NCBI GenBank assembly: GCA_964525555.1
Contig: CAZGHN010000005.1
Location: 20,515-84,514, forward strand
DNA: 64,000 bases
From: an uncultured bacterium
Lineage (GTDB): Bacteria > Hydrothermota > UBA3072
Direction: 5' to 3'
Shown: positions 28,415 through 37,989 of the stretch, one piece after another
Position numbering within the stretch: the stretch's first letter is position 1
How the letters are laid out: each line of letters opens with the position of its first letter
The notes under the pieces: generated by a model
Told to the model about the DNA's origin: nothing
Databases searched by the model: none
Seen by the model: the letters and a program-made list of their open reading frames with translations, nothing else
Program-made: the position numbers and the translations under genes

Positions 28415-29443
28415 ATGAAAACGATATTTGTTACGGGAGGGGCCGGCTTTATAGGCAGTCATTTAATACGGGAATTAACAAAGAAAGATTACAGGGTTAA
28501 AGCTTTAACCAGGAGCGGCAGCAATCTTCGATTTATCTCAAGGTATGATTTCGATATAGTAAAAGGCGATATAAGAAACTTAAAAGAAGTTGAAAGCGCG
28601 ATGGAAGATTGTGATATTGTTGTTCATCTGGCAGCATTGGTTCGTGATTGGGGCAGGAAAAAGGATTTTTACGATATCAATGTAGGTGGTACGAAAAATA
28701 TTCTAAAAGCAGTCGATAAAAACAAAATTAAATTTTTAATTTACCTTAGCACTAACGCGGTTCTGGGCGAAGACGATTGTTCTGCGCCTAAAGATGAAAA
28801 TTCTCCTTATAAGGCAAGGTACCCGTATTTTTTATCTGACTTCTGGGAATCAGATATGAATCATTACCGCTGTTCCAAGATGGAGGCTGAGAAAACGGCT
28901 ATTTCCTTTTGTCGAGAAAAAGGTATAAAGCTTACTGTTCTAAGACCTGTCTGGGTGTACGGACCGAGAGAATTTCACTCGGGTCCTTATTATTTCTGCA
29001 AATATATTTCAGGTAATTTACGACTTTTGCCAGGCTGCAGAACGAATAAATTTCATGTAATATATGTTAAAGATCTGGTAAAAATTATTACAAAGGTCTT
29101 GAAGAATTCGCCGGAAGGAACAAATATATACAACGTCGGCTCACAATATGTGCCGACGATGGACGAGTTCTGGAAGCTTTTTTGCAAATATCTAAAAGTT
29201 AACCCTCCTATCTATTTACCAAAATTTCTGACCTATCCGCTTGGATTTCTGACGGAAGCGTTGTACAAACTATTTAGAATGAAAAATGCTCCGTCATTAA
29301 CTCGAGCCAGAGTGTCGATGGGATATTGTAATAACATTTACGATGTATACAAAGTTAAAAGAGAAATAGGTTTTAAGGAAACCCCTTTAGAAAAAGGAAT
29401 TAAAACCACCGTACGATGGTGGAGGAGGAATGGGTTTTTATGA
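28415..29443 (+). CDS. Extended SDR, NAD-dependent epimerase/3-beta-HSD-like reductase
   Basis: TGGAGFIGS, HLAA, NVGGT, YRCSK..AE (YxxxK), RPVWVYGP. Confidence 0.9.
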   Translation: MKTIFVTGGAGFIGSHLIRELTKKDYRVKALTRSGSNLRFISRYDFDIVKGDIRNLKEVESAMEDCDIVVHLAALVRDWGRKKDFYDINVGGTKNILKAVDKNKIKFLIYLSTNAVLGEDDCSAPKDENSPYKARYPYFLSDFWESDMNHYRCSKMEAEKTAISFCREKGIKLTVLRPVWVYGPREFHSGPYYFCKYISGNLRLLPGCRTNKFHVIYVKDLVKIITKVLKNSPEGTNIYNVGSQYVPTMDEFWKLFCKYLKVNPPIYLPKFLTYPLGFLTEALYKLFRMKNAPSLTRARVSMGYCNNIYDVYKVKREIGFKETPLEKGIKTTVRWWRRNGFL

Positions 29444-30732
29444 AAATCAAGCCTATTACAGGAATAAAAAGAGTTTTCTTTAATAGTTATTTAACCATTT
29501 ATATTTTCTTAAGATATACTCGTTTTTTGTTGTTGAGGCAGATATCTTTTAAACAGTATGTGCTATTCTTTAAAAGAATGATATTGCTCCAGATGCGTTT
29601 CAGACATAATAAATTTATCAGGATAGGTAACGTTTATAAATTACATCTTTATCTACCTGCTTTTCCTTCGCCGGCATTTTTCCACGCATTAAAGAGATTT
29701 CTGATGCTTAAGGGAGAACCTTCGTCGGTTTCCGTTCTACTCTCGGTCACAAAAGCCTGTACTTACAATTGTCCTCACTGTTACCAGAAAACAGATACAG
29801 GCTCGGAGTTATCGGTCGATAGGTTGATCGAGGTCGCAAAAAATATGCAGAATCTTGGGATATCGTTTTTTAATATTGAAGGAGGAGAACCTTTATTAAA
29901 ATTCGATAGGCTGATAAAACTTGTCGGCAGTTTGGATGAAAGAGCAGAGGTCTGGGTAAATACTAATGGTTTTGGTTTAACCTATAAAAAAGCAAAGAAG
30001 ATGAAAGAAGCAGGTGTTTTCGGCGTTATGATTTCCGTTCATCATTGGGACAGAATAAAATTTGATAGATTCGTCGGAAAAGAAGGAGCTTTCGACGCTG
30101 CCATTTTGGCTCTCGAAGTTTTCAGGGAAGCTGGTATAGCTACGGCAATAAATTGCTGTCCGACTAAGGAAACTATCGAGGACGGTGGGATCGAAAAAAT
30201 AATGAAATTGGCAAAAGACTATGGTTGCAGCTATGTACAGTTAATACACGGAAAACCCGCGGGAGGGTGGTTGGGTAGAGAGGATCCTTTGAAAGATGAG
30301 ACTATAAAGAAAATGGCACGTTCCCATACCCTGTTTAACAAACATTTTAAATACAGAAATTATCCCGCCATGTCATCTCAGGTTTTTGAATCTTTAAAAG
30401 AAAACTTCGGATGTACAGCGGGCGGCATTGAAAGATTTTACCTCAATCACCATGGTGAGGTTCAACCTTGTGAGTTTACGAATGTTTCTTTTGGAAATGT
30501 CCAGGATGAAGTTTTTTTGGTTATCTACAAAAGAATGAAAAGTTATTTTCAAAAACCCGGAACAAACTGGCTTTGTTGTACCGAAGCGAAAAAAATAGAG
30601 AAAGCTATACTAGCACAGAAAGAAAGGAAGGTTCCTCTGCCCAAGGAAAAAACAATTTCCATTGTTAAAGATTGGGATTTGGGAGAAGAAACACCACTTT
30701 ATAAAAAAATGGGACTTTATGGAAAAGAGTAA
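29440..30732 (+). CDS. Radical SAM protein with SPASM/twitch-like C-terminus
   Basis: CTYNCPHC, GGEP, TNG, CTAGG...Y....G.VQPC; ATGA overlap with SDR stop. Confidence 0.9.
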   Translation: MKIKPITGIKRVFFNSYLTIYIFLRYTRFLLLRQISFKQYVLFFKRMILLQMRFRHNKFIRIGNVYKLHLYLPAFPSPAFFHALKRFLMLKGEPSSVSVLLSVTKACTYNCPHCYQKTDTGSELSVDRLIEVAKNMQNLGISFFNIEGGEPLLKFDRLIKLVGSLDERAEVWVNTNGFGLTYKKAKKMKEAGVFGVMISVHHWDRIKFDRFVGKEGAFDAAILALEVFREAGIATAINCCPTKETIEDGGIEKIMKLAKDYGCSYVQLIHGKPAGGWLGREDPLKDETIKKMARSHTLFNKHFKYRNYPAMSSQVFESLKENFGCTAGGIERFYLNHHGEVQPCEFTNVSFGNVQDEVFLVIYKRMKSYFQKPGTNWLCCTEAKKIEKAILAQKERKVPLPKEKTISIVKDWDLGEETPLYKKMGLYGKE

Positions 30733-31669
30733 GTTCATACGGGCTTATATTAAATCTATGAGACCGTACCTTTTTTTCGCTACCGGTATAGCAGGATGGT
30801 TGGGAATCGTTTTTTCGGGAACGGAAGTAAATATTCTTAGGAAGTTCCTGGTACTGGTTCTTTTGTTCGCAAGCTGGGGGATAAATCAGATTGTGAATGA
30901 TTACCTGGGTATAAAAGAAGATAGAATAAATGCACCTAACAGGCCGATGGTTTCAGGAGAATTAAATATTAAATACGCTCTCATAACTACTTTTATTCTT
31001 TTCGTTGTGGGCGCAGTTATTTCCTATGTTTTGAATCCGTATGCTCTAATAGTCTATCTGATCGGTTATGTTTTTAACATTTTGTACGAATATTTAAAAG
31101 CTGTTCCGCTTTTAGGGAATATCTGGTTTGGAATACTTTTAAGTGTGTGTCCTTTTTATGGTGCGTTAGCTGTTAGTAAACAAACTTTATTTATAGTGTT
31201 TGCCAATAAAGATTTAGTATTCGTGTCTTTGTTTGTAGCGTTAATGTTCTCTACTATGACATTCTTTACTTACTATAAAGATTATATCGGCGATAAGAAA
31301 ATAGGAAAAAAGACTCTGGTTGTCTTATTGTCTCCGGAAAAAGCCAGATATTTAAATTTACCAATGGCTTTTATTCCTTATATAGCTCTCTTTACTGTTC
31401 TATACTTTAAATTGTGGCAACCGGATAATAATAACTGGTTTTTCATTCTAAACGGTATTTCTTTTCTTTTGATTTTTTATACGGCTCTTTTATTATTTCG
31501 GTATCCAGGAGGAGAAAAGGCTGCCGGTTCATTAAAATGGAATTTTTCAGGTACTGTGTTGTTTGAAACTTCATTTATCGCGTTGGTAAATCCATTGCTG
31601 TCGATTGTTTTGTTTGTCATGGGCTTCCTATTCGTTTATTATCTGTTTATTTTTCTTCAAATAGAATAA
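30719..31669 (+). CDS. UbiA-family membrane prenyltransferase (DGGGP synthase/ChlG-like)
   Basis: KSMRP, NDYLGIKEDRIN.PNRP..SG, Y..LK..P..GN, KDY.GD...GKKT; about 8-9 TM. Confidence 0.85.
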   Translation: MEKSKFIRAYIKSMRPYLFFATGIAGWLGIVFSGTEVNILRKFLVLVLLFASWGINQIVNDYLGIKEDRINAPNRPMVSGELNIKYALITTFILFVVGAVISYVLNPYALIVYLIGYVFNILYEYLKAVPLLGNIWFGILLSVCPFYGALAVSKQTLFIVFANKDLVFVSLFVALMFSTMTFFTYYKDYIGDKKIGKKTLVVLLSPEKARYLNLPMAFIPYIALFTVLYFKLWQPDNNNWFFILNGISFLLIFYTALLLFRYPGGEKAAGSLKWNFSGTVLFETSFIALVNPLLSIVLFVMGFLFVYYLFIFLQIE

Positions 31670-31674
31670 TTATA

Positions 31675-31703
31675 TTGACATATTATGATTTTTAGCGTAT
31701 AAT
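31675..31703 (+). promoter_or_regulatory. sigma70-type promoter
   Basis: TTGACA-N17-TATAAT. Confidence 0.8.
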
Positions 31704-31736
31704 GAAAGTATCGTAAAATCTTAAAGGAGGTATAGT

Positions 31737-32135
31737 ATGGAAAAGGAGAGGTATTATAAAGTCTTATTTATCATCGCGGGTTTATATGATTTTGTACTGG
31801 GCTTCGGGTTTTGCTTTTTCTATAAATGGTTACACGCGCATGTTCTTTTAAGACAATTGCCGGATCCCCCCATATATTTTCAGGTTTGCGCGGCTTTCAT
31901 AGGAATGATAGGAATAGGATATTTCCTGGTCTGGAAGAACCTTTATAGAAATGTAGATCTCGTTAAAATTGGTACCGGTATGAAGATTATCTATATACTG
32001 GGAGCAATATTGTTTTCTACTTATGCGGTTGTTCCTCTGGCTCTTGTTGTTTTCGGGATACTTGACGTTGTATTTATAATTGCGTTTGTAGAGTTCTTAA
32101 GATACGCAAAAGTTAGCGGAAGGATACCGGTTTAG
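31737..32135 (+). CDS. Small 4-TM hypothetical membrane protein
   Basis: AAGGAGG RBS, own promoter, four hydrophobic helices. Confidence 0.8.
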   Translation: MEKERYYKVLFIIAGLYDFVLGFGFCFFYKWLHAHVLLRQLPDPPIYFQVCAAFIGMIGIGYFLVWKNLYRNVDLVKIGTGMKIIYILGAILFSTYAVVPLALVVFGILDVVFIIAFVEFLRYAKVSGRIPV

Positions 32136-32157
32136 GTTTAAATTAGTAAAGTTAAAA

Positions 32158-32358
32158 AGCTGACGACTTACCGTCGAGGGCCAACGGTAAAAAAAATAGG
32201 CTATTGATGTGATTTTTTGTTGGAATAAGCTCTTAGCTTCTCGCCTTTGGCAGTTAGAAAAAAAATATTAAAACTTTGTGGTCTTTGTGTGAGTTAAAAA
32301 AAGCTGACCGCCGACAGCTGACGGCAAAAAATCTCTGTGTTCTCTGTGTCTCTGTGGC
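32158..32358. repeat. Intergenic repeat mosaic between convergent genes
   Basis: gctgacgacttaccgtcgagggccaacgg; ctttgtggtctttgtgtgag; gctgaccgccgacagctgacggc-aaaaaat-ctctgtgttctctgtgtctctgtggc. Confidence 0.8.
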
Positions 32359-32368
32359 AGAATCGATA

Positions 32369-33232
32369 TTAAAGTTCAATCCCTTCAACCGAAAACGGAT
32401 GAGGAGACCATGTTTTTTTATGCAGGATATAAACTTCTTTATATCCGATAGAATTTAGTAATAAAGCTGCTTCCTTAAATTTTGCGGTTATCTGTTCCGG
32501 AGAGTGCGCATCCGAACATAGAGTTATGGGGATGCGCATATTGTAAGCTTCCTCGATAATCCAGTTGCTTGGATATAAAGAATCCGTTTTGCCTCTTGCG
32601 ATTCCTCCGGTATTCACCTCTAAAATTGAATGTGATTTGGCAATAGTGTTCAAGGTATCGAGAACAGTTTCTTTGTACCAGTTTTCTTCTTCGGAGAAGT
32701 ATTTTCCCCCTTTATTGTTCATTTTGATCAAATCAAGATGTGCTATAATGTCGGGATTCTCTAATCTCAACATCTCTCTGATTAATTTGTAATAATCTCC
32801 CACAACCTTTTTTATGTTTCCTTTGTAGATTTCGTCTAGTCCTTTTTCGAAGTCTTCTTCGCTTTCATCGATTGCCCATCCTATATTTTTATCGAAAAAG
32901 TTAACGAAATGTACGGACCCTATTGAGAAATCCAGTTTAGAGAAATCTATTCCTTCTTTGTAGAAAGAGTTTAAATTGGGTAAGAAATCCATCTCCAGTC
33001 CGAGAAGTATTCTGATCTTATCTTTGTATTTTTCCGAAAGCTTGAGAACGGTTTTACAGTATTCTTTGTAATCTTTCTTTTTTATAACCCAATCTACTGA
33101 GAAAGGCAGAGGGTTGTGTGGGCTGAAACCTAGAATAGCGACATCCTGTTTTAAGGCTTCCTCGACGTATTCCTCCAGCATTGCATTTCCGTCATCGAAA
33201 TTTGAATGAGTATGAAAATTAACCCAGCTCAT
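32369..33232 (-). CDS. PHP-family histidinol-phosphatase (HisJ/HisK-like)
   Basis: FHTHS.F.DG, GLEMD, GSVH, AHLDL, EVNTGG, SDAH. Confidence 0.88.
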   Translation of the reverse strand: MSWVNFHTHSNFDDGNAMLEEYVEEALKQDVAILGFSPHNPLPFSVDWVIKKKDYKEYCKTVLKLSEKYKDKIRILLGLEMDFLPNLNSFYKEGIDFSKLDFSIGSVHFVNFFDKNIGWAIDESEEDFEKGLDEIYKGNIKKVVGDYYKLIREMLRLENPDIIAHLDLIKMNNKGGKYFSEEENWYKETVLDTLNTIAKSHSILEVNTGGIARGKTDSLYPSNWIIEEAYNMRIPITLCSDAHSPEQITAKFKEAALLLNSIGYKEVYILHKKTWSPHPFSVEGIEL

Positions 33233-33280
33233 AAGTCAAATAAAATATTAAAAAGCAAAAAGCAAAATGATATTTTTATT

Positions 33281-33394
33281 GGCCACAGATTTGCACAGAT
33301 ATGCACGGATTTCCCATCCCTACCCCATTTTATATTTTTTTTGAAATTATAAAAGTATTTTTGATCTGTGTTCATCCGTGTTTATCCGTGGCTA
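33281..33394. repeat. Inverted pair of 10-bp triad repeats (family A)
   Basis: ggccacagatttgcacagatatgcacggat (33281-33310) faces atctgtgttcatccgtgtttatccgtggcta (33364-33394). Confidence 0.88.
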
Positions 33395-33403
33395 TTTCTT
33401 TTT

Positions 33404-34513
33404 TCATACCTTAAAATGAAACAAAAGAACATCACCATCTTTTACCTCATAATCTCTACCTTCTATTCTTATTTTTCCGTGTTCCTTTATGTGTGCTTTG
33501 GAGTCATATTCGAATAAATCGGTACACTGGAAAACTTCCGCTTTAATGAATCCTTTTTCGAAATCAGTATGAATAATACCTGCAGCAGCAGGTGTTTTTA
33601 TTCCTTTTTTAAACATCCAGGCACGGACTTCAGATCCGTTTTCTGTAAAGAAAGTTTCTAATCCTAAAAGATTAAATGCAGTTTTTATAAGACGGTTAAG
33701 AGCTAGATCCTCTAAACCCAACATTTCCATAAATTCTTTTCTTTCCTCTTCTGATTTTATTGCTGCTATTTCCTGTTCATCCTTACCGCAAATTTCAATT
33801 ACAGATGCATTTTCCTTTTTCGCATAACTCTTCACCGATTCAGTAAATTTATTTTCACTATTTATGCTATTTTCGTCGATATTGCAGACATATAAAACTT
33901 TCTTTGTAGTAAGAAGATTTAAATCCCTTATCGATTTTTCCTCTTCGTCCTTTAGACCTATATTTTTTACAGGTATTCCTTTTTTTAGTTCCTGCTGCAA
34001 TTTTTCTAGTAAAGCTACTTTAGTCTGAGCGTCCTTTTTTAGCTTTTGGTCCTGGCTTTTGAGCAGTTTTGTGTTTTTTTGAAGGCTTTTTTCAACGGCC
34101 CCGAGATCGGCTAATATCAGTTCCATATTTATTACTTCGATATCGCGAATTGGATCTATATTTTCGTAAGGATGAGAGACATCCGGATCTTCGAAACATC
34201 TAACTATATGAATTATAACATTAACTTCTCTGATATGACTCAAGAATTGATTTCCCAGGCCTTCTCCTTTTGAAGCTCCTTCAACAAGACCTGCTATATC
34301 TACAAATTCAACTGTTGCCGGTATTCTTTTTTCTATATTTAATATATCTGCTATTTTAGTTAGCCTTTCGTCGGGCACTTCGACCATTCCCAGGTTTGGT
34401 TCGATAGTACAGAACGGATAGTTCTCTGCCTTTACCGAAAGACAGGTTAGTGCAGAGAATATAGTAGACTTACCAACGTTGGGAAGTCCGATAATTCCGC
34501 AATTCAAACTCAT
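33404..34513 (-). CDS. ychF: Redox-regulated ATPase YchF
   Basis: GIIGLPNVGKST, NYPFCTIEPN, DIAGLV.GASKGEGLGNQFL, AG.IHTDFEKGFI; start at MSLNCG after GGGAG. Confidence 0.97.
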   Translation of the reverse strand: MSLNCGIIGLPNVGKSTIFSALTCLSVKAENYPFCTIEPNLGMVEVPDERLTKIADILNIEKRIPATVEFVDIAGLVEGASKGEGLGNQFLSHIREVNVIIHIVRCFEDPDVSHPYENIDPIRDIEVINMELILADLGAVEKSLQKNTKLLKSQDQKLKKDAQTKVALLEKLQQELKKGIPVKNIGLKDEEEKSIRDLNLLTTKKVLYVCNIDENSINSENKFTESVKSYAKKENASVIEICGKDEQEIAAIKSEEERKEFMEMLGLEDLALNRLIKTAFNLLGLETFFTENGSEVRAWMFKKGIKTPAAAGIIHTDFEKGFIKAEVFQCTDLFEYDSKAHIKEHGKIRIEGRDYEVKDGDVLLFHFKV

Positions 34514-34567
34514 AATATTTCTCCCAGTAATATTATCATTTTTTTGTAAATTGTCAAACGGGGAATT

Positions 34568-34805
34568 AACCACAAAGGCACAAAGACACGAAGAATAAAA
34601 AAAAAGTTAAATGGTCAAATTGTTGAATGGTTAAATCGGCATCCCCCATACCACCAAATTATTAGCCACTGATTTACACGGATATACACTGATTTTTTTA
34701 TTGTTTTTTTTACTTGGACACTGGAATCCTCGAACCCTTGAGCCGTAAATTTAATGAACAACAAATTATTATTTTATCTGTGATTATCCGGGTTGATCCT
34801 TGGCT
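34568..34805. repeat. Intergenic repeat mosaic with family A inverted pair
   Basis: aaccacaaaggcacaaagacacgaag; gttaaatggtcaaattgttgaatggttaaat; tagccactgatttacacggatatacactgat (34663-34693) faces atctgtgattatccgggttgatccttggct (34776-34805). Confidence 0.82.
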
Positions 34806-35884
34806 CTTTCCTTTTTTTTCGCTAATTCTTTCAACTCCGAGTAATGTTCAAATAGTGAACATGCAAGTTTTTCTCTCTGTAGTAATTCTCCTCTTTCCCG
34901 GATTGCTTTTAGAAAAGGAGACTCGCAGGCTGCTTTTAAGCCCCCTTTTCTAATATTTTCAATGGAGATATTTATAAACGGACAGGGTTCGATTCCTCCT
35001 TCGGAATTAATGTGTAAAGATTGAATTCCGGCAGCTGTACAACGATTGTTTTCGCCGTATTCATCCTGCGGGAATTGAACCAGCACAATTGGTTTTCTAT
35101 TTCTGAAATCCAGGATTTTTTCTCGAAAAGCTTTTCTCTCCTCTTCACTTAAAACCCAATCTAATTTTGGATCTGGTCCGCAGGGTACGTATTCCGTAAA
35201 ATATCCGATAGAACATCCGAGTTTTACCATACTGTCTATAAATGCATCGTTTCCAAGTAATTTTGAATTTTCGGAAGTATTTGTTGCCGCAAAACCAAAA
35301 CATGCGCCGGCATTTCGCAAATTTTTCATTGCCCGAAGAGCTATCTGATAAGACCCTTTTTTTCTTCTGTTGTCAGTGTGTTTCTCGAAGCCTTCTATGC
35401 TGACAAGTTGGATTATGTTTCCGCTTTTCCGGATACGTTTGGTAAGTTCCGGAGTTATCTTTGAGCCATTTGTTATTGGAACAAAAAGAAGTCTCTTGTG
35501 TTTCTCCATATGTTCGATTGTGTCACTTCGAAGGTATGGTTCTCCGCCCGTAACTACTACAGAAAGTACCCCAAGGTCTTCTGCTTCATCAAAAAGAGAA
35601 TCAAGCTCTTCTGTTGAAAGCTCGTTATCTGATTTTCTGTCTCTTGAATAGCAGCCTCTGCAATTATAATTACATCTCATTGTCGGACTGATTGCTATCA
35701 CAGCAGGGATATTGCCTTTTATTGTCTTTTGTTTCTTTTCTCTTCTTCTTTTCGCAAGTAAAAGCCTTGTGCCGACTTTTAAGAAAAAAAGCATTCTTTT
35801 GGGACTGGAACGCCCCCACATCCATATTGCCAAGCGCACAAAATCGCCAATTCCATTTTCTCTTAATTTTATGTTTTTGTTCAA
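34784..35884 (-). CDS. Radical SAM/SPASM-like protein
   Basis: SPTMRCNYNCRGCY, TGGEP, TNG, CTAAG..SLHIN.EG.IEPCPF. Confidence 0.9.
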   Translation of the reverse strand: MNKNIKLRENGIGDFVRLAIWMWGRSSPKRMLFFLKVGTRLLLAKRRREKKQKTIKGNIPAVIAISPTMRCNYNCRGCYSRDRKSDNELSTEELDSLFDEAEDLGVLSVVVTGGEPYLRSDTIEHMEKHKRLLFVPITNGSKITPELTKRIRKSGNIIQLVSIEGFEKHTDNRRKKGSYQIALRAMKNLRNAGACFGFAATNTSENSKLLGNDAFIDSMVKLGCSIGYFTEYVPCGPDPKLDWVLSEEERKAFREKILDFRNRKPIVLVQFPQDEYGENNRCTAAGIQSLHINSEGGIEPCPFINISIENIRKGGLKAACESPFLKAIRERGELLQREKLACSLFEHYSELKELAKKKERAKDQPG

Positions 35885-35951
35885 GATTTCCTCTTAAAAA
35901 TTTATTAGAAGATAGTCTAAAACCTTACCTTAGCAACCCCATTTGTATCAC

Positions 35952-35980
35952 TTGACATAGTGGAAATATTATATTATAAT
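35952..35980 (+). promoter_or_regulatory. sigma70-type promoter
   Basis: TTGACA-N17-TATAAT. Confidence 0.8.
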
Positions 35981-36006
35981 CGTAATATATACAGAGAGGT
36001 TCCCCG

Positions 36007-37938
36007 ATGAGACATAAAATTATTTTTATATGTTTTTCCTTTATAAATATTATAGCTTACACCCAAGAAATTCCGCAGCTTCCGATCGGAATAAATATTG
36101 GTTCGAATAGCTACTATTCCAAGTGTCTTGTTTATAATGATGTTATGAAGACTGCCAGTCCCTGGCTTAGTTTTAATACTGCAGCCGATACAAGCTGGAA
36201 TACCGAATTAATCGATTCGATTCCGCTTGATTCCTGCGGATATCCTGTTCTGTTGCCATATACTCCTTTTGGTGAGGGCCCGCAGGGGGTACGAACTTTA
36301 ATAAATAATAACTATCTGGGTACGTATATACTCATGTTCGATGGACATGGACAAATTACTATTAATAATGCAACGCATGTACGATTAGATTCTAATAAAT
36401 ATTCGATTGAATTAACCGGTTATACGGAACATGTTTGGATTAATATATATAGTTCAACAGAAGGAAATCATATTAGGAATATTCGAATTATTCCGCAGGA
36501 GTATGACGGTCGGGAAGAAGAGATGCCCTTTTTTAATGAAAAGTTCTTAGAAGGATTAAAGCCTTTTCATGCTCTTAGATTTATGGATTGGATGCAGACG
36601 AATGGCTCCGAACAGAAAGAGTGGGACACAAGAAGCAAACCCTATTATTATTCGCATGGACTAGAAGATGGAATGCCGATCGAACATGCAGTGCGTTTAT
36701 GTAATGAACTAGGCGTTGATGCCTGGTTCTGTATACCGCATCAGGCTGATGATGATTATATAACAAGATTTGCCGAACTGGTTAGAGATAGCCTTGATAC
36801 TGATTTGAAAGTATATTTGGAATATTCAAATGAAATCTGGAACTGGGGGTTTTCTCAATCTCATTACGTAGGGCAGAATGCACCGGGACATAATAACCAG
36901 TATGTTATCGATGATCTTACTTCGATTGATCCTGTTAATTATTGCCATCCCGAGAAAGACGCGTACATGATGCAGCGCACTTTCCGTCTCTGGATGGAGG
37001 TATTTACCGGTGCGAATAGAGAACGTTTGGTAAGAGTTGGTACCGGACAGCATGCGTGGTACGGTAATACCGGACGTATTCTTAGATATCTTTTTAAACG
37101 TGATTTAGACGGAACTCCTCTTACGGATCCTATATACAATACGAGTACAGGCGCAGGCTGTGACGCATTTTCTGTTGCGGGATATTTTAACTTTTCCGAG
37201 GAGCATCACAATCAGTGGAACAGTATGGACCCCGATGATGTGACGCCTGAAATGATAATCGATGCCGTATTCTCTATTTATGATACGACATCGGGCTCCT
37301 GGACTGATGGTACAGACGAGTTTGTTAACGCGTTCGATATTGATTATCTAGTTTATGAAGGTGGGCAACATATGCAGCCCTGGATGCAGGGCGAGTATGA
37401 TTATAACCATGCGGTTTGGGATGCACAAATACATCCACGAATGTATGATTTATATATGCATAATTTTAGAAAACATACGGAAGAAGATATTGACTGTAAG
37501 CTTTTTATGGCTTATAGTTATGTTAGTGAACGTGAGTCGCGGTGGGGTTCCTGGGGACATCTTGAATCGGTATATCAAATAGGATCGGTTAGTGATTATA
37601 TGACAATAGCTCCAAAATACCAGGCTTTACTTGATGTAAATACTCCGAAGGGAAGTGCGCATAATGCTCAACCAATAGGTTATTATCTTAGAGTTAGTCC
37701 TAATCCTTTTAATTCCATTGTAAGGATAGTATATGGGATTTCACAGGATTGTGATGTGAGTATAAAATTATATAATGTTTTAGGACAGGAACTCGAAACA
37801 TTGTTTTCAGGAGGTAGAACAGCCGATAATGAATATATATTGCTTTCGGATTTAAGTGATTTTCCTGCCGGGATTTACTTTTGTAAGATGGTAGCCGGCA
37901 GGGTCGTTTTAAATAAAAAAATTATATGTGTTAGGTAG
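36007..37938 (+). CDS. Secreted putative clan GH-A glycoside hydrolase of uncertain family with C-terminal sorting-like domain
   Basis: LRFMDW, LCNEL..DAWFCIPH.A.DDY, EYSNEIWN (acid/base), YEGGQH (nucleophile); C-terminal PNPFN...YN.LGQ...GIYF. Confidence 0.7.
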   Translation: MRHKIIFICFSFINIIAYTQEIPQLPIGINIGSNSYYSKCLVYNDVMKTASPWLSFNTAADTSWNTELIDSIPLDSCGYPVLLPYTPFGEGPQGVRTLINNNYLGTYILMFDGHGQITINNATHVRLDSNKYSIELTGYTEHVWINIYSSTEGNHIRNIRIIPQEYDGREEEMPFFNEKFLEGLKPFHALRFMDWMQTNGSEQKEWDTRSKPYYYSHGLEDGMPIEHAVRLCNELGVDAWFCIPHQADDDYITRFAELVRDSLDTDLKVYLEYSNEIWNWGFSQSHYVGQNAPGHNNQYVIDDLTSIDPVNYCHPEKDAYMMQRTFRLWMEVFTGANRERLVRVGTGQHAWYGNTGRILRYLFKRDLDGTPLTDPIYNTSTGAGCDAFSVAGYFNFSEEHHNQWNSMDPDDVTPEMIIDAVFSIYDTTSGSWTDGTDEFVNAFDIDYLVYEGGQHMQPWMQGEYDYNHAVWDAQIHPRMYDLYMHNFRKHTEEDIDCKLFMAYSYVSERESRWGSWGHLESVYQIGSVSDYMTIAPKYQALLDVNTPKGSAHNAQPIGYYLRVSPNPFNSIVRIVYGISQDCDVSIKLYNVLGQELETLFSGGRTADNEYILLSDLSDFPAGIYFCKMVAGRVVLNKKIICVR

Positions 37939-37989
37939 GGTGGAATGTTTAATATGTTGAGGTTCAGTCATAATAATTGGGGGTTTTGA

